Origin: Candidatus Heimdallarchaeota archaeon
Lineage (GTDB): Archaea > Asgardarchaeota > Heimdallarchaeia > Heimdallarchaeales > Heimdallarchaeaceae
DNA: 64,000 nucleotides
Assembly (NCBI GenBank): GCA_021399395.1
Contig: JAAFKJ010000001.1
Coordinates: 1 to 64,000, forward strand
Direction: 5' to 3'
Shown: piece by piece, positions 47,769 to 57,187 of the stretch
How positions within the stretch are numbered: position 1 is the first letter of the stretch
Layout of the letters: each line of letters starts with the position of its first letter
Notes under the pieces: generated by a model
Databases searched by the model: none
Told to the model about the DNA's origin: nothing
The model's input: only the letters and a program-made list of their open reading frames with translations
Position numbers and translations under genes: made by a program

Positions 47769-48596
47769 ATGAAGATTATTGTGTTTATAGACCAAATCGT
47801 AAGCACACAAGTCAAGCTTCAAGGTGTGGATTTCTTTGATCCCTCCAAGGTTGACGATGTTGACTTGGTTATTAATCCTACAAGCAAAAATGCTATTGAA
47901 GGAGCACTGAAACTCAAAAACACTTTCGATGCTGAGAAAGAAGAAGAGGAAGAAGGTGCTAAAGTAACCGCAGTGTGTGTAAGAGGTTTGAAACCAATCA
48001 AAGCTTTAAGAGAAGCTATTGCAATGGGGTGCACTGATGCAATTGAAATTGCAGATGATACACTCTATACAGAAGATCCTTTGCTTTTAGCGAAAATTTA
48101 CGTTGGAGCATTGGAGAAAATTGGTGATTTTGATTTAGTTTTCCTAAGTGCTGAAGAACAGTCTTCTAGTTCCTATGCAGTAGGAGCTATGTTAGCAGAA
48201 AAACTTGGCCTCCCAAGTGTTCTTTATGCAGAAGAAATAGAAAACATTGACGGTGGATTTAGAGTTGGACATGTTCTAGAAGGTGGAAGAAAAATAGTTG
48301 AGGTACCACAAAAGGCTTTGATTAGCACAAGTGATAGCCAATACTTCACTCCTAGATATACATCCATGAAAGGTATTCTAAACGCTAAACGAGCAGTAAT
48401 ACCTACTTGGACAGCAACAGATTTGGGATTGAGTGCAAATGTTGTTGGTAAAGAAGCCGCATCGTTACAACAAGTTTCCCTAACCAATATTGTGATTGAA
48501 AAGGAAAGCTATATCATTACTGAAGGAGAACCTGAGGAAATGGTAGACAATCTTCTTTCGAAATTAAAAGAAGATGAGGTAAAACTAGGAGCGTGA
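47769..48596 (+). CDS. fixA: Electron transfer flavoprotein beta subunit
   Basis: INP, AIEGALKL, ALREAIAMG, LAEKLGLP, PRYTSMKGI. Start moved to ATG 47769. Confidence 0.88.
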   Translation: MKIIVFIDQIVSTQVKLQGVDFFDPSKVDDVDLVINPTSKNAIEGALKLKNTFDAEKEEEEEGAKVTAVCVRGLKPIKALREAIAMGCTDAIEIADDTLYTEDPLLLAKIYVGALEKIGDFDLVFLSAEEQSSSSYAVGAMLAEKLGLPSVLYAEEIENIDGGFRVGHVLEGGRKIVEVPQKALISTSDSQYFTPRYTSMKGILNAKRAVIPTWTATDLGLSANVVGKEAASLQQVSLTNIVIEKESYIITEGEPEEMVDNLLSKLKEDEVKLGA

Positions 48597-48601
48597 AATA
48601 A

Positions 48602-49558
48602 ATGAAAATATTAGTATTTGGACAAATTAGAGATAATGCAATTGAAGAAAACGTTCTAGGTATTCTCAACAAATTATCTGAAGTTTTTGCAGATAGTGAA
48701 ATCAGTTTAGCACTCCTAGCTAATCAAATTAATAATGATTGGGTTGAAGAACTTGGAAAACATGGAGCTAAGAAAGTTTATACTGTCGAAGCATCAGAAT
48801 TAGAGAATTATCTCAGTTACCCTTATGTAAAATCTATGCTTGAGATTATTGAAAAAACTGAACCTTCTTTGGTTCTAGCAGCTGGAACTGTCTTTGGAGA
48901 GGATCTTATTCCAAGACTTGCTGTTCATCATGGAATATCCTGTGCCCAAAGAATTGTTGACATCTCTTTAGATATCGATAACATTCTTTTCCACACTCCA
49001 GTTAGAGATGATCAAGCCATGAGAGTTACTAAGCTAGTAGGAGCAATTAAATTCGCTACTACAAGAACTGGAGCCTTCTTCATAAATGAAAATCCATCAG
49101 GTAAATCTCCAGAAGTAGAAAAGGTAGAAGTTACTTTTGAAGCAGAAGATATGTTAGTAAAACACATTGAGATTAAGAAAGCAGAACGAACTGTAAATCT
49201 TAAAGACGCTAAACTCATTGTCGCTGGAGGTAGAGGAGTGGGAGGAAAAGATAATTTTCAGATTTTAAAGGATCTTGCTACACTGCTAAATGGAGAAATT
49301 GGTGCAACAAGAGCTTGTACTGATCTTCATTGGATTGAAGAAACTTATGAAATCGGGCAAACTGGTCAATCAGTATCTCCTGACATTTACATCGCTGCCG
49401 GGATTTCTGGTGCTCCACAACATTTGAGTGGAGTTAAAGCTAAGACTTTAATTTCTATCAACAAAGATGAAGGTGCTCCAATATTCAATTATTCTGATTA
49501 TGGGATTGTTGGAGACTTACATGAAATTCTACCAATACTTAAGAAGAAGTTAGAGTAA
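48602..49558 (+). CDS. fixB: Electron transfer flavoprotein alpha subunit
   Basis: VAGGRGVG, GATRA, IGQTG, GISGAPQH, INKD, DYGIVGD. Confidence 0.92.
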   Translation: MKILVFGQIRDNAIEENVLGILNKLSEVFADSEISLALLANQINNDWVEELGKHGAKKVYTVEASELENYLSYPYVKSMLEIIEKTEPSLVLAAGTVFGEDLIPRLAVHHGISCAQRIVDISLDIDNILFHTPVRDDQAMRVTKLVGAIKFATTRTGAFFINENPSGKSPEVEKVEVTFEAEDMLVKHIEIKKAERTVNLKDAKLIVAGGRGVGGKDNFQILKDLATLLNGEIGATRACTDLHWIEETYEIGQTGQSVSPDIYIAAGISGAPQHLSGVKAKTLISINKDEGAPIFNYSDYGIVGDLHEILPILKKKLE

Positions 49559-49631
49559 AACTTCTCTTTCTATTTTATTTTTTATGTTCTAAATCCCCAA
49601 TACTTATAAAATTAAAATTTGCTATCTATTT

Positions 49632-50318
49632 GTGAAGGGAATATTCAGAAACGAAAGAGCTACAGAAATAGCAAACGGTAGAACTCCTATCAAATTCTTA
49701 GATAATGCTAAACTTATTCTTCACTTAATTGCAGGAGAATCTTCTACAATAGATAAGAATTACAACATCGAGATTATTTCTAGAAATCCTAAATTCCTTA
49801 AACCTATCAAATATATGGGGATGGAACTTAGTCATACGTTTGATGGGTTCCTTACTTATACAACTGATTTATCTGGTGTAGCTAGATCATATGTCCATCT
49901 TTACAGAAAAGGTATTATTGAAGCAGTGGAAGGAAGTCTCTTGAAACCTATTGCATCAAAATTAGAAATCCCAAGTGTTTCGTTCGAAGAAGAAATTCTT
50001 AAAGCTCTCCCCGATTACATTGAAGTGTTCAAAAGAATTTCAGTGAATCCTCCTTTCAGTCTATATTTGACTCTAGTTCAAGTTAGAGATTATGAGATGA
50101 AGTTAAACAAAGATATTCTTGGTGTTAATCCAGTTCCAATCGATAGAGATGAATTGAAGTTTCAAGAGATTTTTATTGAGGATTACTCACAAACCGAAAA
50201 CATTCCTCTACTTGTTCAACCCTGGTTTGACGAAATATGGACTGCGTGTGGAATGTTTAAATCATTCAATTATGATGAAGATGGTAATTGGGGATATGGC
50301 TTAAATTCAGATAAATAG
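49632..50318 (+). CDS. Hypothetical protein resembling the C-terminal domain of AlbA_2/Schlafen-like ATP-binding proteins
   Basis: HLI...FDGFLTY...SYVHLYRKGIIEAV...PPF..LTL...IDRD...FDEIWTACG...NYDEDGNW pattern; no N-terminal AlbA_2 domain. Confidence 0.55.
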   Translation: MKGIFRNERATEIANGRTPIKFLDNAKLILHLIAGESSTIDKNYNIEIISRNPKFLKPIKYMGMELSHTFDGFLTYTTDLSGVARSYVHLYRKGIIEAVEGSLLKPIASKLEIPSVSFEEEILKALPDYIEVFKRISVNPPFSLYLTLVQVRDYEMKLNKDILGVNPVPIDRDELKFQEIFIEDYSQTENIPLLVQPWFDEIWTACGMFKSFNYDEDGNWGYGLNSDK

Positions 50319-50376
50319 TGTCTGTAATTTGCCAAGTAGCATTATTTATAAAGCGATATTTTGAACTCATTTCATA

Positions 50377-51672
50377 ATGTCAGAAGAATATGATTTCGAT
50401 GTTGCAATCATAGGAGCTGGTCCAGCAGGTATTGCAGCAGCTTTAACACTAGCAAGAGCTGGTATAGAAACTGTTGTTCTTGAAAGAGGTCAATATCCTG
50501 GTTCAAAGAACGTTAGTGGAGCCGCACTTTATGGTCCTGTATTGCATAAATTAGTCCCAAATTACTGGGAAGATGACAAATCATTTGAAAGATATCTAAC
50601 AACAAAAAAAATTACTCTTCTTTCTGAAACACGTTCAGTTACAATTGATGCTGATCTGAGGAATTTTGCTCAAACCCCATACAATGGTGTAACTGTCATA
50701 AGACCAAAATTCGACAGATGGTTAGCTGAAAAAGCAGAAGAAGCAGGTGCAATGATTCTTCCAGATACAATGGTTGAGGATTTGGTTTGGAAAGATAAAC
50801 AAGTTGTTGGAGTTAAATCAGGTGATGAGGAACTTAAAGCTAAATTGATAATTATTGCTGAAGGAGCTAATAACCTCTTAGTTGAAAAAGCTAATTTAAT
50901 GAAAAAACCCAAAGCCAAACATTATGCCTTAGGTATGAAGGAGACCTATGAATTATCAAAAGGTAAAATCGAAGAGAGATTTCATCTAGATGAGAACGAA
51001 GGTATAAGTAACGAAATTCTTGGTCATACTAAAGGTATTCCAGGTGGAGGTTTCTACTATACTAATAAAGAAACTGTCTCTTTCGGTTTGATACTCAACA
51101 TGGATGTCTTAGCTAAGAAAAAACTTGAAGCACCAGCTGTTTTTGAAGAATTTAAAAACCATTCATATATCAGGAAACTTCTCAAAGATGCAAAAATGAT
51201 TGAATACTCTGCCCACATCATTCTAGAAGGCGGATTTAAATATATGCCAAAATTATTCGGTAATGGAGTATTAGTTGTTGGTGATGCCGCGGGTATGACT
51301 CTTAATGCAGGTCTTTACATAGAAGGAATAAATTTTGCCCTACAATCTGGAATAGTTGCTGCTGAATCAGCAATTGACATTCTTAAATCTAATACATACA
51401 CCAAACGAAGCACAAAGATTTATAAGAAGAATCTAAAGAAAAGCTTTGTTTACAAAGATTTGAAGACATTTAGAAGAGCAGGTCATTTTCTAGAAAATGA
51501 GCACATGTATACAACTGCCCCAGATCTTGTTACTGTATTAATGGAAAAATTACTGAGAAATAATGGACAACCAAGAAAAAGAATTGTTATGACAGCTATT
51601 TGGCACATACTCCGAAAAACACCTCTTTGGGCTATGTTCAAATTGTTAATAGGAGCGGTGAGATCACTATGA
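50377..51672 (+). CDS. fixC: ETF:quinone oxidoreductase flavoprotein FixC
   Basis: GAGPAG, ERGQYPGSKNVSG, FDRWLA, GGGFYYTN, EYSAH, GDAAG. Confidence 0.92.
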   Translation: MSEEYDFDVAIIGAGPAGIAAALTLARAGIETVVLERGQYPGSKNVSGAALYGPVLHKLVPNYWEDDKSFERYLTTKKITLLSETRSVTIDADLRNFAQTPYNGVTVIRPKFDRWLAEKAEEAGAMILPDTMVEDLVWKDKQVVGVKSGDEELKAKLIIIAEGANNLLVEKANLMKKPKAKHYALGMKETYELSKGKIEERFHLDENEGISNEILGHTKGIPGGGFYYTNKETVSFGLILNMDVLAKKKLEAPAVFEEFKNHSYIRKLLKDAKMIEYSAHIILEGGFKYMPKLFGNGVLVVGDAAGMTLNAGLYIEGINFALQSGIVAAESAIDILKSNTYTKRSTKIYKKNLKKSFVYKDLKTFRRAGHFLENEHMYTTAPDLVTVLMEKLLRNNGQPRKRIVMTAIWHILRKTPLWAMFKLLIGAVRSL

Positions 51673-51980
51673 GTAAAGCAAAACAATCCAAATCTATAGA
51701 AGAGAAATTAGATCTAACAAAGTTTACATCAGATCAAAATTATGCACACATAACTATCAATCCAGAAATATGTAAATCAAAATGTACAACATACCAATGT
51801 GTATACGGATGTCCAGCTAGTTGCTACAAATTTACCGAAGGTGACGAAGCAGAAGGACCAGTTTCTTTTGATTATATTTCTTGTCTTGAGTGTGGTACTT
51901 GTAAACTTGTCTGTCCCCATGAGAGTGTTGATTGGCATTATCCTAAAGGTGGATTTGGCGTAGAGTTCAAACATAGTTAA
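51669..51980 (+). CDS. fixX: Ferredoxin-like FixX
   Basis: C...C...CVYGCPASCY, CLECGTCKLVCP, WHYPKGGFGV; ATGA overlap with fixC. Confidence 0.92.
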   Translation: MSKAKQSKSIEEKLDLTKFTSDQNYAHITINPEICKSKCTTYQCVYGCPASCYKFTEGDEAEGPVSFDYISCLECGTCKLVCPHESVDWHYPKGGFGVEFKHS

Positions 51981-52050
51981 TGCTATTATTCTTTCTTTTT
52001 TTCCATCCTTAAATATTCAAAAATATCCATTTTCTCAACGAATCCTATAA

Positions 52051-53298
52051 GTGATGAATATGAAGGTTGAGAAGATTCAAGCAAAAACTCTTGTTAGAAC
52101 AAGTAATAGAAGCCCTCACCATATCCACATGAATCTCTATCAAGGTTGTTATCACAATTGTGCTTATTGTAATGGAACTTCAGATAACTATCATATGCAT
52201 GATGATTTTGGTGTGACCATTAAGGCAAAAATCAATGCACCTGAACTATTCGAAGAATATCTTGTTAAGAAAGGATTAGTCCCTTTCAACAGAAACGGAA
52301 CAACAACCTTGGATGAATTTATTGAATCCAAGAACAACTCTCTAACTAAGTATCAGACACCAAAATTCTTACTCAGCCTATTTGGCAATGTATGTGACAT
52401 CTACCAACCAGCTGAAGAGGAACTGCAGCTTACGAGACAATTATTGCTAATAGCCTACGATTATGGAATACCAGTTAGGTTGCTGACAAAGAGCGATTTA
52501 GCCTTAAGAGATCTTGATATCATCAAGAAGATACATGAAACCTCTTTTGCTCGTGTTGCTTTCACTGTTACTCTCATGAACGAAAATGATCAAAAAAATA
52601 TCGAACCAAATGCTAGCTCTACTTTTTCAAGAATTCAAGCAATCAAAGAATTTCGGAATGCAAGCATACCTTCTGGAGCATATATTACCCCAGTTATTCC
52701 TTTCATAGGTGACACTGAGGAAAATCTTGAAAATATTTTTGCTGAACTACACAGAGTCAATGCAGAATTTGTCATAACAGGCGGTCTAACCCTTAAACCC
52801 CGAAGAAATAAAGATGTTTTTATGCAAGTTATTCACGAAAACTATCCCTCCATCTTTAACAAAATGCTTGAACTTTATTCTAACAATATCTCATACGGAC
52901 AACCTGATCCTGAAATTGCACACAATTATCAACTTCTCAAACCTGTTTCAGAAGGTTATCATCTTGCAAAAAAGCATAGAATAAACTTTTTTGAACCGAG
53001 ATACATTCCAAATGTTAAATTCCGAAAGAATCTAGAAACAGCAACTTATCTGGCAAGAATAGGTTTTCTCATGAGAGAAGTGTTCTTTGAAAGAATATCA
53101 ATAGCTCATCAATTCCGACAAGCTGCAGCTGAACTAGAGTGTCTGGAATCAGATATTTTAAAGATGTCAGATTCACAATTACAGAAACTGCCCATATCTC
53201 AAGCTGTTATCCCAACTATTAGGGAGATATTGGTTGAGGGAAAAAGTACATATCTTGAAGACAAAGGAGATTTTGGTGAACTTTTGTATAGCAAATAA
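52051..53298 (+). CDS. SplB/Rv2578c-like radical SAM protein with a C-terminal PolX-type HhH-like domain
   Basis: YQGCYHNCAYC, DIYQPAE, LTKS, RDLD, EP, PVIPFIGD; C-terminal FRQAA...IREILVEGKSTYLE. Confidence 0.85.
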   Translation: MMNMKVEKIQAKTLVRTSNRSPHHIHMNLYQGCYHNCAYCNGTSDNYHMHDDFGVTIKAKINAPELFEEYLVKKGLVPFNRNGTTTLDEFIESKNNSLTKYQTPKFLLSLFGNVCDIYQPAEEELQLTRQLLLIAYDYGIPVRLLTKSDLALRDLDIIKKIHETSFARVAFTVTLMNENDQKNIEPNASSTFSRIQAIKEFRNASIPSGAYITPVIPFIGDTEENLENIFAELHRVNAEFVITGGLTLKPRRNKDVFMQVIHENYPSIFNKMLELYSNNISYGQPDPEIAHNYQLLKPVSEGYHLAKKHRINFFEPRYIPNVKFRKNLETATYLARIGFLMREVFFERISIAHQFRQAAAELECLESDILKMSDSQLQKLPISQAVIPTIREILVEGKSTYLEDKGDFGELLYSK

Positions 53299-53365
53299 CA
53301 CCCTTACTTACTCAATCGGCCATTTCTTTGCGATAGATTTTTGAATAAAGATAATTTATACATTC

Positions 53366-54235
53366 TTGAGTTTAATGAGCGGGATTGAACAACTTAAAGA
53401 AATTATTCCAGATGTTATTGCAGGTTTTGTTCGTTATGCTGATTTTAGCATGATACCTGAAATTTCTCCTCTTAAAAATAAAAATACACTCTTGCCTATA
53501 CTTAAACGTATGAAAGAAGGAGGAGCTAATGGATGTTTATTCTATCTTTATGATGAAGATATGGCTCAATTTCTAAATACCGTAAATGCAGAAATCAAAG
53601 ACTTTCCCATTATGATTGTAGTTCGTTCTGCAGAAATAGGAAAAACCACTACTTTATTGCAAAACTTAGAATTCAAACCACTTGTTATTTTCTTAGATTA
53701 TGCTATTGCAGATCAAAGAGATAATGAGATTGTTAACAAGTACTTACACACTTTAGCAAAATATACCGAACATTTTGGTCTTTTCAGTATAGAACCTATT
53801 GGAACAGTGTCTTTTTTCATTACGCAGAATCCACTTATCAACATCTATCTAATTCCCTTCAACATGTTAGGATTTGGTGTTCAAAACAGAAGTTTGCTTG
53901 AAATGATTGTAAACTCATCAGAGAATGTCTACTTGACAATGAATCCTCTTGCTCAAGGTAGAATTAAACCAAGACAAGCCTTCGATTATATAACTACTCA
54001 TAAAATCCATGGATCGATGGTTGAGATTGCAAATGTAGATATTAATTTAGAAGCAATCAAGTTTGCAAAATACTTCTTCGAAACACATGATTTCTTACAA
54101 ATAGCTTTAGAGTTTGAGGATCACGCAGAAGTATGTGAAAACTGTGGGATAGGTATGTATAGATATTTTCCACCTTCTGGTGGTAGTGGGTTCTACTGCC
54201 CTCAGTGTCAAGCAACAAGAAATCTACCAAAATAA
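53366..54235 (+). CDS. Aldo/keto-reductase-like TIM barrel (degenerate) fused to a C-terminal zinc ribbon
   Basis: IPFNMLGF and MNPLAQGRIKP..AFDY resemble archaeal AKR-related proteins; CENCG...CPQC at the C-terminus. Confidence 0.55.
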   Translation: MSLMSGIEQLKEIIPDVIAGFVRYADFSMIPEISPLKNKNTLLPILKRMKEGGANGCLFYLYDEDMAQFLNTVNAEIKDFPIMIVVRSAEIGKTTTLLQNLEFKPLVIFLDYAIADQRDNEIVNKYLHTLAKYTEHFGLFSIEPIGTVSFFITQNPLINIYLIPFNMLGFGVQNRSLLEMIVNSSENVYLTMNPLAQGRIKPRQAFDYITTHKIHGSMVEIANVDINLEAIKFAKYFFETHDFLQIALEFEDHAEVCENCGIGMYRYFPPSGGSGFYCPQCQATRNLPK

Positions 54236-54246
54236 TTATCTAACGG

Positions 54247-54819
54247 GTGAGTAAGATGAAATCATGTCCTTTCTGTGAAAGGTCTATTCCAGAAATTTCT
54301 GTTTTTTGTGCTTATTGTGGTAAAAAGGTTAAAGATATTGAAGTAAGCGAATCAAAACAATCTAATTTTGAATCAGGCTTTCAAAAATCTTTGAAGAAAA
54401 TGAAGAAGCAAGTATCAACCTTTGTTTCAGGTTTAAACACCAAAGTTGAGAATTCTGAATCTCTCTCTTTTGTTAATAAACAAAGGATTCTTGGCATTCT
54501 CAATCAGCTTCAGATTCAAGACCAAAGAGAACTAAGTGAAGATAAAGAAGAACTAGCTATTTGGGTTGAGAAAGTAGAAGAAGCTATATCAGGAGACAAA
54601 TGCATTATTTGCTTGCAAGAATTCGAAGTTAAAGAAAATGAAGAGCTAAATGTTATTTTATGTCCTTCATGCAATTATGCTGGCCATCCAAACCATTTCA
54701 TAACTTGGTTAGACACAAAAAACAACTGTCCTATGTGTAGAAGCGAGTTAACTAAAAAGAGCTTATTACGTGGTCATTTAACAATCAAAGAAGAGCAATT
54801 GACTTTCATACAAGATTGA
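54247..54819 (+). CDS. Zinc-ribbon plus RING-H2-like domain protein (putative E3 ubiquitin ligase)
   Basis: N-terminal CPFC...CAYC; C-terminal CIIC...CPSC-x4-H-x2-H-x3-W...CPMCR. Confidence 0.82.
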   Translation: MSKMKSCPFCERSIPEISVFCAYCGKKVKDIEVSESKQSNFESGFQKSLKKMKKQVSTFVSGLNTKVENSESLSFVNKQRILGILNQLQIQDQRELSEDKEELAIWVEKVEEAISGDKCIICLQEFEVKENEELNVILCPSCNYAGHPNHFITWLDTKNNCPMCRSELTKKSLLRGHLTIKEEQLTFIQD

Positions 54820-54833
54820 ACCTTCAAGAATTA

Positions 54834-55637
54834 TCATTGGGAGTTTTTCTTTTCTCTCATTTCCAATTTGTATTTTTTCAGGAGATTTTTATATTCTTCT
54901 GCTTTTTGTCCCGGATCATCAGAATAAACAATTGGACCTCCAACACAGATCATTGCATTGTCATCAAAATTGTAAATTACACTTTTTACGATCAGGTGTT
55001 CGCTCCCATAAATAGGTGTTAAGGCAAGGATTTTCGATCCTATTGTTTCTTTCATTTTCCTAACATCTTTAACATCGATATGCTCTGCATTCCCTATCCA
55101 AAATCCATCTACTTGAGCTTTCTTACATCTCTCAGCGACATATAGATAGAGAGGTTGTTCACTTATGGTAGCAATCTTATAGAACATAGATTCTGGATTC
55201 GATAACAAGGTAAGAACAATTATTCCTAGTTTTCTTTGTTGAGCAAGAAGTGATGCCTTAGCTATATTAGCACTAAAAGGAGAAAATGTAAATGCATCAA
55301 AATTCTCTTCTTTGAACCAAAAAATCGCGGAATCATTTGAGGTGTCAATGTCACCTAGTTTATGGTCAATTATTGAAAGCATATTATTCTGGTGAATCAG
55401 AATATTGATTGATCTTATTTCATCAGATGTTAATCCGATTAAATATTGTCTATTAAGCTTGATTGCACAACTGTAAGGAGCAACATTTTTGATTATCCTT
55501 TTCATGAAATTAACTCTATCATCATCTAACATTACAGACCTTGAACGTTGAGATGGTAGAGCTGGATCTAAACTCACACAGAGCAAACTATCTTTGCTCT
55601 TAGAGATTGCAAGATATTGCTGGAGAAACTGTGACAT
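54834..55637 (-). CDS. pyrF: Orotidine-5'-phosphate decarboxylase homologue (degenerate phosphate-binding loops)
   Basis: LCVSLDP, AIKLN, DHKLGDI, SNP; divergent from pyrBI. Confidence 0.8.
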   Translation of the reverse strand: MSQFLQQYLAISKSKDSLLCVSLDPALPSQRSRSVMLDDDRVNFMKRIIKNVAPYSCAIKLNRQYLIGLTSDEIRSINILIHQNNMLSIIDHKLGDIDTSNDSAIFWFKEENFDAFTFSPFSANIAKASLLAQQRKLGIIVLTLLSNPESMFYKIATISEQPLYLYVAERCKKAQVDGFWIGNAEHIDVKDVRKMKETIGSKILALTPIYGSEHLIVKSVIYNFDDNAMICVGGPIVYSDDPGQKAEEYKNLLKKYKLEMREKKNSQ

Positions 55638-55798
55638 CTATTAATTCCCATGGAGTTCATAGGAATCAACGTTTATAATTTTTATTTTTGTTTTCTCCAT
55701 CATTTTTTTGCAGTGAAATGCAATAAAAACCCCTTTTTTCCTAAGAAATCGCATGATTTATAACTGAAAATTTCTTTACTGAATTGGAAGATACGAGA

Positions 55799-56716
55799 AT
55801 GAATCTCGAACACTTATTTACAATAAGAAGAATGTCCAAAAATCTTATGGAGGACATTTTCGATTTAGCTTCTTCTATAGAAGAAAAACCGGATTCTTTT
55901 GCTGAAAAATGCAAAGGAAAAATACTAGCTGCTCTCTTTTTTGAACCAAGTACCAGAACAAGATTATCCTTTGAAAGCGCTATGTTAAGACTTGGAGGAC
56001 AAATTCTTGGGTTCTCAAGTGCAAAAGTAAGTAGTTCATCTAAAGGAGAGAGTATCGCTGATACCTTTAGAATGTTAAATCACTACGCGCACATAGCAGT
56101 AATTCGGCATTACATCGAAGGGATTGGAGAGATTGCTAAGGAATTTGCTACAATCCCAATGATATCTGGAGGTACAGGAACACAAGAACATCCGACTCAA
56201 GCACTGCTTGATCTTTATACCATAAGGAAGGAACTAGGAAAGGTAGACGATATAACGATTGGAATCATGGGAGATTTACTCTATGGAAGAACAATACCCT
56301 CTCTTCTTTTTGGTTTAGCTAAATATGATAATGTGAAAGTTCATCTAATTTCTCCACCAGCACTACATATACGTAAAAATGTAAAACTGCGCCTGGAAGA
56401 AAATGGTCTTGCTTTCAGAGTAACAGAAAATCACAAAGAAGTAATAGATGAACTAGATGTGCTGTATGTGACACGCTTACAGAAAGAACGATTTCCTGAC
56501 CCAACAGATTATGAGAGACTAAAAGGAGCATATCAGATCCGTAAATCTGATTTGAGAAAAGCAAAAGATAGCATGATAATTTTGCACCCTCTTCCAAGAG
56601 TAAGTGAGATTCCTTTTGAATTGGATGAACTAAAATATGCTAAGTATTTTGACCAAGCAAAAAATGGAGTATGGGTACGAATGGCTCTAATTCTTAAATA
56701 TCTAGGAGTGGATTAA
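55799..56716 (+). CDS. pyrB: Aspartate carbamoyltransferase catalytic subunit
   Basis: FFEPSTRTRLSF, HPTQALLD, TRLQKERF, HPLPR. Confidence 0.96.
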   Translation: MNLEHLFTIRRMSKNLMEDIFDLASSIEEKPDSFAEKCKGKILAALFFEPSTRTRLSFESAMLRLGGQILGFSSAKVSSSSKGESIADTFRMLNHYAHIAVIRHYIEGIGEIAKEFATIPMISGGTGTQEHPTQALLDLYTIRKELGKVDDITIGIMGDLLYGRTIPSLLFGLAKYDNVKVHLISPPALHIRKNVKLRLEENGLAFRVTENHKEVIDELDVLYVTRLQKERFPDPTDYERLKGAYQIRKSDLRKAKDSMIILHPLPRVSEIPFELDELKYAKYFDQAKNGVWVRMALILKYLGVD

Positions 56717-57187
56717 ATGAATGAAGATAAGAATAAATTGATTGTAAGAAAAATAGAGAATGGAACAGTGATTGACAGAATTCCTCCAGGTAAAGCTTTG
56801 CGCATACTCGAGGTTTTAGGAATAGATGCAAATTACCCATATACAGTTGCACTCGCTATACGTGTTCTTTCCAAAAAAATGTCTCTTAAAGATGTAGTAA
56901 AAATCAAAGGTAAGGAATTAACAGAAAATGAAGTTCATAAGCTCTCATTTATTGCTCCAGGAGCATCTGTAAATATCATTCAGAATTTCGAGGTTCAGAG
57001 AAAAATACAGTTAGAAATTCCTGACCATGTTGAAGAATTTATCAAGTGTCTTAATCCAAATTGTGTTTCTAATTCCCATGAACCCATAACCTCATCATTT
57101 GATATAATTTCTAAAAAACCTTTGATTCTTAGATGTATCTACTGTGATAGAGTTATGGAGGACAAATATCTAAGTGGAAAACTATAG
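56717..57187 (+). CDS. pyrI: Aspartate carbamoyltransferase regulatory subunit
   Basis: IENGTVID, KDVVK, CLNPNCVS, CIYC. Confidence 0.95.
   Translation: MNEDKNKLIVRKIENGTVIDRIPPGKALRILEVLGIDANYPYTVALAIRVLSKKMSLKDVVKIKGKELTENEVHKLSFIAPGASVNIIQNFEVQRKIQLEIPDHVEEFIKCLNPNCVSNSHEPITSSFDIISKKPLILRCIYCDRVMEDKYLSGKL

Noticed and set aside
47930-47960. EKEEEEEG acidic run in ETF-beta
   Set aside because: Short low-complexity loop insertion; no evidence of function.
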